Assembly (NCBI GenBank): GCA_951406725.2
Contig: OX597817.1
Span: 83,328,001-83,392,000 of the forward strand
From: Octopus vulgaris
Taxonomy: Eukaryota
DNA length: 64,000 nucleotides
Reading direction: 5' to 3'
In this document: one piece after another, positions 53,560 through 64,000 of the stretch
How positions within the stretch are numbered: position 1 is the first letter of the stretch
Layout of the letters: every line of letters starts with the position of its first letter
Made by a program: the position numbers and the translations under genes
Notes under the pieces: model-generated
Told to the model about the DNA's origin: nothing
Databases searched by the model: none
The model's input: only the letters and a program-made list of their open reading frames with translations

Positions 53560-55050
53560 AGTCAATCACCGCACTCTGCTTCCTGGCATGCTCCTTTGCA
53601 ATATCTTGTAGGATTTGATTCTGTACCGCAACCAAGAACCCTTCAATCCCAAAGTCAAATCCTCTCCTTTTAGATAGTTTGCGATTTTTCCTTGTCTACT
53701 TGTAACCTATTGTGTTTTTCGCCTTTTAGAGGTTTTTTCACCTTCGCTTTATCAAGGCATTTTATAGACATATTTAAGCTAAAAAAAATCTTAGATTTTA
53801 TCATTTTTACAATGTCTAATATTAAATGTCCTTTTTGTCCTTCATCTTCCTTTAATTTTTCATTCAGCCTCTGTTTCATAATTTTTGTCTTTGTTGAAGA
53901 TAATTTTATATCCTGTCATGTTTGTGAGTACATTCTTTCTTGACCAAGACTAGATAGCCAGAGACAATGTGATTTATTGTTTCTTCCCCTGGATTGGTTT
54001 CTATTGTGCAGTTACTTATTGTATTCTGTTTCATAGCATGTCTTTTTGTGATTCCTGATGGAGAGGATATGATCTAGTGCCGCAATAACAAAGCTTTTTA
54101 TCTCTGCTTCTAGACCCACGCTTTTCAGCCAATGTTGGGATTTTACTTTATTTAGATCTTTTCTGTTTGGTTTATTTCAATGTCTGCGCCATGTAAGGGA
54201 TTTTGGGGTAATGTTTTATCATAGCATTCTGTAATTGTAGTTTTAGCTTAGATTTTAGCTGCTTTACAGCTTTTATTGTTACATTTCTTCTTCATAACTA
54301 TTATTATTATTCTCTCTGCTTTCCTTGAAGAGAGAAAACGAATTCTTTTGTGGTTTCCTCATGCTTTATGGCTATTTGTATCAGTTTTCCTTGATTCTGA
54401 ATTAGAGATTTTTGAAGTTCTGTGGTGGATGTTATATTTAATGATAGTTCTCGTCGTATAGGGCCTCTGCTTCCGTCAGTTTGTTTTATATGTATAACCT
54501 TTCTCTGTCAGATTTTGAGAGGCGTATTGTAAATACAGTCAATTTATTTCTTGTTTTCCTCTCTAACTTTCTTAGTTGATTTAGAGTCCAGTCAAGAATA
54601 TAACAACTAACTTCTGACTAGACAGCTAGAGTAGTGATTTTTAATGTTTTATGTTTTCCTTTGTATAAAACTTTTTAAAGTATTAATCTAATTCGTCTAT
54701 AATATTCCTCCTTTATCTTTTCTTTCATTTTGCGTTTTGTACTGTTCATTGATTCCTATGTAGCTGTATGTCTGCGTTTAGTTTAGTTCTCTTATTTCAG
54801 TTTCTTTATCTAGTACGATATCACTTTTCTTAAATAGCTTTCTCTTTTATAGTTTCCTCTTCTCTAAAGTCGAATAAAATACTGATCTCTATGATAAATC
54901 CGTGTACTATCCGTAGTAGTGTTTCCTTTTGATTGTCATTTGCAGCATACAATTTAATATCCATATACAAGAGACACTGGATTGTATTACCATAGTAGCT
55001 GTCTTCACATAAGGTTCTGTTCAGCATGTCGGTTACAGCCGTCAATGCTA
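53560..55050 (-). mobile_element. R4/Dong-type LINE fragment (late RT to CCHC region), decayed
   Basis: LLYMDIKLYAANDNQKETLLRIVHGF (YMDDIKLYA motif); WLKSVGLEAEIKSFVIAALD; probably contains an insert at about 53560-53940. Confidence 0.7.
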
Positions 55051-55519
55051 GGCAGAGGGTGTGTGAAAAGAAGGAGCGTCTTTGAAATGTTTGTATTCTG
55101 ATGGAGATGGGCATAGGTTTTTTAGGGAAAGCAGTGTTTATTTTTGTCTGGTGGCTTTAGTGAACGAAAGAGGTTGAGTGGTAGACCATATTGAAAGGGG
55201 TGAAGATATGCTTTCCTCTTGAAAAGAAAATTGAGGCTAGGGAGAGAAGTACTAACTCTCAGTAATTTTCTGGAAAGGTGAGTGAATGTGGCAAGATACG
55301 TTCGGGTGACCGTAATTCTGTGGGGTTTCCAGGAGCAACGTTGCTTAGTCTCCATTTTGGGGGAGTTTTTCATGGTTAAAATATATATTGTTACTGCCTT
55401 TTTTTTACAGTTTACACACTTTTTATGAAACCCACATTGTATTGCCCTGTACTGTGCCCAACCAACGTCTTTTGTCAATCCTTAGTGATGAATAAAGAAA
55501 TTATCATTATCATCATCAT

Positions 55520-56172
55520 TATTATTAATTGATGCAAACTCACAGTCTACTTTGCTGGGTATGATAGAAAGTGTTAGCTGTCCACAGTCAGCAGACTAAG
55601 GTGACACTTGTTTACTGGTTATGCTTCAAAAACTTTGCGAAGAATTCTTGCAGTTCCAAGTAGTGCTGATTTTTGTAAGTTTTCTACCTTTGCATTTGTA
55701 CCAATCTTTTTGAACTATGTTGGAATTTGAGTGCTGATACTTCCAAATGTGCCAATTACTATTGGTACCAATTTTATTCTCCTCATTGACCACGATCTTC
55801 CTATTTCTCAGTTCATATGCTCATAATTGTCCAGTTTTTTCTTCTTTGATTCTCTGGTTTTCGGAACATACTATGTTGATTATCATGCAACTTCTTTCTT
55901 TTTTTTCCACCACAACAATGTCTGGTTTCCGATGTTTGGTCAGGTGATGGTACTGAATCATTGTACCCCACATTATTTTGCAATATTTTCAATCTCGATG
56001 ACTGGTCCTGCGGTTTGCTCTTTATAGGCCGTGATTTTCACAGAGCTCCCAATCAATCATTCTTGGCACATTGTCATGTCGTCTTTTCTATTCACATTGT
56101 GCCAATTTCGGGAACTCGTTAATAATGTGCCATACCGTTTCACCCCTCTCAACACACATTCTGCATTTATTT
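55520..56172 (-). mobile_element. R4/Dong-type LINE, 3' fragment
   Basis: CRMCVERGETVWHIINEFPKLAQCE..RHDNV; HLTKHRKPDIVVVEK; QKSALLGTARILRKV. Confidence 0.85.
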
Positions 56173-56175
56173 ATT

Positions 56176-56697
56176 AATACTTCCGCCTTAGCGAAGGCAG
56201 ATGTGTTGTTTTCAGTCGTGTTTATTTGTCTGTTTGTTTGTGGACAAGATATCTCAAGAACCGCCGGATGGATTCGGATGAAACTTTCAGGGATATTTGG
56301 CCTGGTGACTGGCACAACATGAATAGATTTGGGGATTGATCCGGTATCAGACAAGGATTCTGGTTTATTTTTTATATTTTTTCTTTACTTTACATATTAT
56401 GTAAAATTTCACATAGTTCTCTTGTACACGCACACACAAACACACACATACTCACACATTTTCAGCGTGAGCATTACCATTGCGCATTCCATGACTCCCA
56501 TTGAGATCGATCAGGTACTGGACAAGGTATATGGATTATTTTTCTGTTTAAAAAGCAATAGGGTTCATTTTTAGTATTCTCGTTTATGAGAGCAGTCGAT
56601 TTTCTTTCAGATATTCTCATTTTAAAAATCATCTCCGGTTAATCGTTGAGAGGACGTAGGTGTTGCCCCGATGGAGGTTTGCGGTCTCTGAGTGCTC

Positions 56698-56702
<5 letters not shown>
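56176..56702 (+). mobile_element. Helentron-associated (DINE-1/HINE-like) non-autonomous element
   Basis: Subterminal IR-like acttccgcc ... gatggaggt, a (GTTT/GTCT) core repeat after the 5' end, a degenerate 3' hairpin gcggtctctgagtgc, and T-rich flanks. Confidence 0.6.
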
Positions 56703-56732
<30 letters not shown>

Positions 56733-56744
56733 TTTCATATACAC

Positions 56745-57160
56745 ACAACATCGGGCTACAACACGTAACCTTACATGCCAAGAACCCGCCTAAGTATCCT
56801 ATCTGTCCCTAATAGCACTGCTTTATGCAGCTGTCCTAAACTGGGGTCTGTGCCTATTCCATCTGTACAAATCTTTAGGGATAGTTCCAAATGCACCTAT
56901 AATTACTGGGATAGTTTTTACCTGCACTTTCCATAGTCTCTGTAGTTCAATGGCAAAGTTCTGATACTTTTTTCTACTTTTTCTATACCTCTCATACTAA
57001 TTTTCTCATCATTTGGGACTGTAAAGTCAATTATCTGGCATTTCTATTCTCTTTGAATCAGGCCTTCTGGCTTCTCTTATTCTGTCAGTATGAATGTTGA
57101 AGTTCCTAAACATCTTATATTTCTTACTTTCTAGTACTTTACGAGGTTCATGTTCATGCC
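56745..57160 (-). mobile_element. R4/Dong-type LINE, 3' end (continuation of 58540-61105)
   Basis: HEHEPRKVLESKKYK..HTDRIREARRPD..CQIIDFTVPND..ELQRLWKVQVKTIPVIIGAFG. Confidence 0.85.
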
Positions 57161-58538
57161 TTATTTACATTATTTATATTTGACGAAATCGAAATCTTGA
57201 GGTTAGTAGCTCGTGCTCTTAACCACTACGCCATATGCCTGTGGGCAATTATGGAGTGAATTTTAGGGCTCATAAATCTACTATTTTCCTATCCTTCCTT
57301 AATTCCGGTTCCCATATGCTACTCATATCTGCACTTGGTCTATTTAGGCGGTTATTGTCCCCTAACATATGTGCTGCTTCTTTTAGTTTTTCGTCTTTTC
57401 CAGTGGTGTTCTTTACCTATTATTTTAACTTCATCCCACTGGGGGAGGTGGTCTCCATTTCCCATACATGGTCAGCTATAAACGATTCATCAATATCTCC
57501 TCCTGTCGCTGCTTTGCGATGTTCGTCTACCCTTATTTTGAGGGGGCGGCATGTTTCGCCTTTGTATAACCTACCACAGATACATCGAATGGAGTACACG
57601 CAGTCTTTGGTCATATTCTCTTCTATTGGTGGTTTTACTCGAAGGAGATATTTGCGTTGTGTTACTCTTCAATACTGTCCTTATGTCATATCGGCCGCAT
57701 ATCTTTTGTATCTTTTCGGAGAGGCCTTTCACAAAAGGTAGACAGACTGTGGACGGTTTATTGTTTTCATCCTCTCTTTTCTTCATAATTGGAGTGAATA
57801 GCATGTTCTCGGGGTAGATATAACTTATTAGATTGTAACTTAGCTTGCTCACTTCTTCGTGGTGGGTATCTTATATTCATTGCTCGATGTTTTAGCCACT
57901 GAGCAATCCCTCTCTTTACACTGCATGGATGGTGGGAGTTGAAGTTGAGGTATCGTCCAGTGAAGGTTGACTTGCGGTATACGGATGTTCTGAATCCATA
58001 CCTGGTATGTATTTTAATGCGTCCAGGTATGCTAGCTGATTGCCATTTTCCTTTTCCCTTGTGAACTGTATGGATGGCTTTATTGAGTTCACATGATCTA
58101 ACAGCACTTGGACATCTTCCTGGTGAGGCCAGAGTATAAAGATGTCATCAACATATCGCAGTCATAGGGTTGGTTTTAGTGGTGTTGATTCTAAAGTCAA
58201 ATTCTCAAAGTATTCCATGTATATATTGGCTATTATCGGCAGTAATGGCGAACCCATAGCTAAACCCTCTTCTTGTCCATATATATCAGTGTCCATACTG
58301 AAGTAGGTATTTTCTACACAGAAGGTCAACATTTCCATCAAATGTCTTATTGATATACTAGTGCGTTCTTTTAGATGCGTGTCTGTCACTAGTTTTTCAT
58401 GAATCACCGATAGTGCTTCATCAGTTGGGACTTTGGTGAACAGACTTATCACATCTAGACTCACCATTTAGTTGGATTCAATGGGGGTATCCTTGATCAA
58501 TTCTGTGAAGTGGGTGGAAGTCTACACGTACGATGCTA
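57161..58538 (-). mobile_element. Penelope-like element (Poseidon-like RT plus GIY-YIG), 5'-truncated pseudogene
   Basis: MVSLDVISLFTKVP..EGLAMGSPL..IANIYME..RYVDDIF..IQFTREKE; CVYSIRCICGRLYKGETCRPLKIRVDEH; flanked by atgttcatg at 57150 and 58539. Confidence 0.92.
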
Positions 58539-58539
58539 A

Positions 58540-61105
58540 TGTTCATGACATTTATCGATATGGTCAAATCCTATCTTTCTACATAGCTCCCAGTGGATTT
58601 CTATCCCTAGGCTGTTATGTCTTCACTTGTATTCTTTTTGTGTCAGCGTGCTACATTCAATTACTATATGAGTAACACTTTCCTCTTTTGATTTGCATAA
58701 TCTGCATTGCGAATCTACTTGATTTTTGTCTATCTTGGCTTTTATCCAATTAGTCCTCAATGCTTGATCTTGTGCTGCAGCTAACAAACTTACTGTCTCC
58801 TTTTCAGCCACCCTTTCTGCAAATATAATCATGTCTCGCTACAACTATTTTCTGCAACTATCTTTGGGAATCTACCATGCAAAGCCTTCTCCTGGCAGTC
58901 AGATCACCATTGTTCTTTTTTCTGATTTTTAACTTGGTTTTTGTTTTTTTGGTTTTCCTAAATTTTGCTGTGACTCTAGCAGCTCTTAATAAACTTTCTT
59001 CACTATTACCTACATAGGATCCTATATCTACTCTAGCTAACTCCACGCAGTCTTCTACGGATATTAGCCCTCTTCCTTTCTAAGTAAGTATAATCTTGAT
59101 ACTCTCCCCTTGTATGGAGTTCTCCATTCATATTGAATTCCTTCCTAGTTCTGTCTAGCTTTGCTAAGTTAGTTTTTGTTCAATCAACAAAGTAAAGTTA
59201 TTGCCCAAGTATTTACAGCCTTCACAAGATTTGGCGCATTTAGCATTACATTTCATTAGCTTCCTCACCCTACCGATATACTCCTCAATTTTCGTTTTCA
59301 GTTCTATAGTTGGTACTCTTGTCAGATTCTAATACTCCTAGATACTTATAACTCTCTTCTTCCGTTAATGATTTTAATGTCTGACTATCTGGTAATTGGC
59401 TGTCTTCACTGTTCCCTTCTCATGACTAACATTACACACTTATCTATATGAAATTCCATGCCTATCTCTTTTTCATTCTTACTAAAAAGCTTCAGATCAT
59501 TCATGTAGAGCAAATGGTTACTTTTCAGTAACTATTTCCAAACTGATACCAGGCATTTGCCTTCCTTGATACTAAACCGTGCGAGATTAAACATAGGACA
59601 AATATGAAAGGAGATAACAAGTCTCAAATTCCTCTTGATGTTATCCACCCCTAAGACTGTGTCACCTGAGTAGAGATCTACTTTCCATTTCTTCATGCTA
59701 AAGCTAATTAATCATCTTATGTTGTCTAATATACTGAGTATACTCAAACATTCACTTAGCCATGAGTGTGGGATCATATAGCTTTTTTGTAATCTATCCA
59801 TGCTATTTAAAACGTTTTTCTTTTACTTCATTTAAAACTGCTTTGTACTTTCCTCTAGGCTTCTTTTTGCAACCTTTCTGTTCTGGTAGTAAATTCAGGC
59901 TGTCAAGATACCCGTAAATGCTTTCTCGGAGCATTCCTATTAACAGCTTCTACACTAATGGTAAGCAAGTGATCGGTCTATAATCGCTAGCTGTATTGCC
60001 CTTGCTATTATCTTTCATAAGGAATATTGTTTTCTCTCTCATCATCCAGTCTGGTATTATTCCTCCATTCAGGCAATCCTGAAGTTGTTGCCTCAGTCTC
60101 CCATGTAAACGACTAACTTTCTTTATCCAGTACCCTTGAAATAAATCTGGTCCTGGGCCCTTCCAATTCCGCATTTTATCTAACACTTTACTCACTAATG
60201 CGAGTGACTCTTAGCCCTGGATGCTTCTCACTCACTAATTCTTCCCTCACTTTGTTTAACTATACTGCATCTCCATTATGTTTGACTGACTTATCCCAAA
60301 TATTACTCCAGAACTTCCTAGCTTCTTCTGCATTAGGCATCTAATCTTCCCTATTTCTTATTTATTTGGTTATAAAATCTCCTGTGGTCTATCTCTGATA
60401 ATCTATTTTGTTGATACTGATATATTCTTTTCTGATATCTGGAGCGCTTGCCTGCTGCTTTTATGGTACGCTGTTTCAACTCTTCTATGATTCTCCCAAA
60501 GCATTTCTCTTTGACTAAGTATCTTTTCTCAATAGAAGATTTAAACCTTGTGTTACCTAACGTATTCAGTTTCCAGGCTACTATTCTACTTAGATCTTGA
60601 CTTACAGTTTTCCCTTTATTTTGTGGTCTCCTTTTCCACATTTGCTCTTTTCTAATCTTTTCTTGTGGAATATCTAATCTTCTAGTAGCTACTACCCTTC
60701 CTGTATAGATTAATAAGTTAGTGTCTCCTTTATTTTTAGTATCTATCCTACTGATAACAGAATCTACTTTCCTAGTCATATCTAGCAGCTTCTTTCTGTT
60801 GGTGCCTTTTAATGCTGGCAATGTTGTTTTTTACTTTACTCATTACCTACCGCAACTCATCAAAACTTTCCTGACTTAAATCACTTAACACGTTGGTGCC
60901 AGTTGTCCCTTCCCTATTGGTATTACTATTATTAGTTTCCCAGTTCTCTTTTAATCTCTTCCACCTCCAGTTCTGTCATCTACTTTCTTCTCTTAATAGC
61001 ATTAGCTTGATCTACTTGTCTCTGCTCAGCCACTTTAAAGATACCTTTCTCTACCCAAAGTATGAACATCCGTTTTCTATAGCCCCTTATTTTAGGATCA
61101 CTTTG
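58540..61105 (-). mobile_element. R4/Dong-type LINE, near-full-length decayed ORF
   Basis: IRGYRKRMFILW, IIEELKQR..YQQNRL, NWKGPGPDLFQGYWIK..YRPITCL, HLLYMNDLKL, AAQDQALRTNW..CRLCK..ESVTHIVIEC. Confidence 0.92.
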
Positions 61106-61253
61106 TAAGTAGCACTGCATCACTGAGTGAACTGGAGCAACGTGAAATGAAGTGTTTTGCTCAAGAACACAACGCGTCACTCGGTCTGGGAATCGAAACC
61201 ACAATATTACGATCATGGTACTGACATCCTAACCACTAAGCCACGCGCCTCCA
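61106..61253 (-). mobile_element. tRNA-derived SINE head (family C-like), 3'-truncated
   Basis: Minus strand: gtggaggcgcgtggcttagtggttagg..ggtttcgattcccagaccg..gttcttgagcaaaacact. Confidence 0.8.
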
Positions 61254-61585
61254 CCTTCATTTTCCATAGCCGGGCTATTTCGTACTTAAGTGGGTTGTAT
61301 TTAATTATATTTTCGCTTTCCTTCTCAACTATTCCTCAGTCAAAGGAGTAAGCAACATCAACTATATAGCAAATATGGTGCATCTTATCTACCACCACTA
61401 GGTCCAGTCTGTTATGCTCAAGCACCTGATCTGTTTGGATTGGGAAATCCCAGTGGACTTTGCTAGTCTCCGACTCCGCCATTCTCTGCGGTTTGTGCTC
61501 ATACTATGTCTTGCCTCTCTCTGGCCCCCACTTTTCGCACATTTTCCAATGTAGCACTTTCTCTACCTGCTCGTGTCGCATGTTT
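61254..61585 (-). mobile_element. R4/Dong-type endonuclease fragment, same family as 8840-9150
   Basis: ccatagccgggctatttcgtacttaagtgggttgtat..acatcaactatatagca..cacctgatctgtttggattgg shared with the 8.8-9.1 kb copy. Confidence 0.85.
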
Positions 61586-61957
61586 TTAATACGGAAGAAA
61601 CATCGACGTATCTACATGGGCCGTGTTCTGTCAACAGGTAAACGCTGTAACGATGAACCCATAACAAAAGCAACCCCAAAAAAATGAACGTAGGACAGAT
61701 AACCACGAATACTATGGAATGGTTGATTTATGATTTACACACGCTACTCCTCGAAAAACATACAGAAATTAACCCATACAGTAAACAGAATACCGCAGCG
61801 AATAGCAAATAGCATGGATGTGTGACAGCAAGCTGCCAGGAAGAGAGACCATCTGAAACCATCAAGAAATAGGATTTAAGAATCCGCAAAAGCTATGAAA
61901 GAAAACTATATTTTAATGTAAACCATCTGAGTAAACCGAAAGAGTTTTCTTATATGG

Positions 61958-62038
<81 letters not shown>

Positions 62039-62064
62039 GCGTGTGTGTAATTACTGTCCCTGGG

Positions 62065-62335
62065 TTGCCATGTCTTTTCTTGTATACTTTTTGTGTCAAC
62101 GTGCTACATTCACTTATTATATGAGTAACATTTTCCTCTTTTGATTTGCATAATCTACATTGGAAATCTACTTGATATTTCTCTATCTAGGCTTTTATCT
62201 AATTAGTCCTTAATGCTTCATCTTGTGCAACTTCTGCATCAATAACCATGTCTCACTACAAATATTTGTTGCAACTATATTTGGGGGTCTAACATGCAAC
62301 GCTTTCTCCTGCCAGTCAGATCATTTTTGTTTTTT
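62065..62335 (-). mobile_element. R4/Dong-type fragment, same family as 58620-58920
   Basis: ttgtgtcaacgtgctacattca..tttcctcttttgatttgcataatct shared with about 58640-58705. Confidence 0.85.
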
Positions 62336-62430
62336 TTCTGTTTTTTTTTATTTCATTTAGGTTTTTGTTTTTACTATCATCATCATCCTCATCCTCCTCA
62401 TCATCATCATCCTCATCATCATCATCATCA

Positions 62431-62482
<52 letters not shown>

Positions 62483-62624
62483 CATTATTATTATTATTGT
62501 TGAATGAACAATATTACGACACTTCGTATGTCTTCCACAAGTTCAAAATAATCATCTCAATCTACTTCATTGTTCATTCGATAACAGTCGCACTCTTCTT
62601 CTTCTTCTTCTTCTTCTTCTTCTT

Positions 62625-63530
62625 CTTCTGACCATATATTTCCAGTGGTTATAACTGCTCACTTTCCCGTGTCTGCATATATATATATTCAGACTTGGCA
62701 AGGACTGAATATGATTAATTGTTTAACTGTGCTGGTTGCACATTCTGCATTTGGTGTTGGGGCCTGTTTTCAATATTCTTTTTTATAATTGTTTGTAATC
62801 AGGCATTGGTCTTGTGCAGAGAGAATCAGTCCTTTCGTTTCAGCCTTTAGTCCAGAGCTTTTCAGCCACCGTTGGCTTTTACTTAGGCTCATTCTCTCTC
62901 TGTCAAACCTTGCAAGGTATTAGACATGGAGTGATTTTTCTCTCCATATCTTCTTGAGTATGTTTTGTAATGCTGTTTTCGCATTGTTTTTAGTCTCTGA
63001 CCATTTCTGCTATGTTGTTATCTGAAGTCAGTGTTTCAGTGTAGTTTGTTTCTGTTTTGTATTTTATCGCCTCCCAGTGTATAGAGAAAAGCGTTTTCTT
63101 TTCTTCGTGTTGCTTTACTACATGCAGTAGGCTTCCACTCTTTGTTTCTAATTACTTTCCTAGTCCAACTATTGTTATGTAATAGTAGTTCTCTATCTGT
63201 ATCAGTCCACGGCTTCCTTCTGAGTGGGGTAAATATGTTCTTTCTGTGTCTGCTTAGGGGTGGTGACTTCAGTAGGCTGTAAATAGTTTTGTGGTTTTCT
63301 ATCTAGAGTTCCCAATTCCCTTTATCTTCCAAGCTGTAATTTACGACTTGTATGGCTAGCGTGTTTATCTTTATTATCCTATTTTTAGTATTAAGTTCAG
63401 TGTTTAATTGTAGTTTAACTCTTCTGTAATACTCTCTCTTAATTTTCTGTGTGTTGCGTTTTAGCTGTTTCGTCTATTTTTAGATATTTACACGGGCGGA
63501 TGTGGTTTAACTCTCTAATTGTTGTATCTA
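62625..63530 (-). mobile_element. R4/Dong-type LINE fragment (post-RT)
   Basis: Minus strand reads YLPHSEGSRGLIQIENYY, WLKSSGLKAETKGL and KYLKIDE; bounded by (TAA)n and (GAA)n. Confidence 0.75.
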
Positions 63531-63536
63531 TGTTGA

Positions 63537-63633
<97 letters not shown>

Positions 63634-64000
63634 GAGTGAGAGAGCAGTGCATACCATCAAAGTGACATCTTGAATACATCTGATAAGGGTACGCCAAGCA
63701 CATGCATCATAACCAAATGTGCGCATCATGGTGATCTCATATCAAGATAAACAGCACATGACGTTGCTGGTGGGGCCCATTTAGAATTTTCTTCTGACGG
63801 AGTAGCCCATCCCGCTCAACAGGTCCCTGAATAAGGGTTGTTTAAGGATGTTGAACGAATCACCCATGTTTCTAAAGGTGAATTATCCAAACCTCCAAGA
63901 ATTTCTTTCAACGCACAGCTATGATGCACCCCAACTATTTCTGCTTGTGGTCAGAGATGCACATATCGTCAGCCACTAAGGGACATGGTCAACTGGTTAA
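63634..64000. mobile_element. Unclassified interspersed repeat with a (TAA)n end, running off the window
   Basis: GC-richer, ORF-less block starting immediately after a 95-bp (TTA)n; retroposon-like, family not determined. Confidence 0.4.

Noticed and set aside
63930-63980. Minus-strand CTGACGA...GAAA
   Set aside because: Stem II does not close next to the core and there is no NUH plus stem I complement

Overview
AT-rich, repeat-saturated eukaryotic DNA with no recognisable intact host gene. It looks like a large intron or intergenic tract of an invertebrate. The SINE families and the R4/Dong, Penelope and microsatellite load look like an Octopus/cephalopod genome (inference from recall, not a search). 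Nearly all supplied ORFs are microsatellite artefacts or decayed transposon fragments. Contents: two clusters of R4/Dong-type RLE LINE fragments (about 8.6-13.8 kb and 53.5-63.5 kb, all minus strand, punctuated by (TAA)n); Penelope-like (PLE) RT/GIY-YIG remnants; Tc1/mariner and hAT relics; MITEs; a Helentron-type non-autonomous element; and many tRNA-derived SINEs. The main discovery is a set of type I hammerhead ribozyme (HHR) motifs in short non-coding elements wedged between (TA)n/(TG)n tracts. Five motifs from three unrelated families lie within 25.0-28.5 kb: three have a fully canonical core and two have a CUGUUGA variant. Two more candidates lie at about 45.1 and 46.8 kb. One carrier is a ~602-nt circularly permuted, ORF-less unit with an inverted partial copy, i.e. 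a retrozyme-like or PLE pseudo-LTR system. Also notable are a mariner whose 5' third was flipped by an apparent template switch, and a ~720-bp foldback whose outer 180 bp are perfectly symmetric. Coordinates of decayed elements are approximate and all folds were done by eye.
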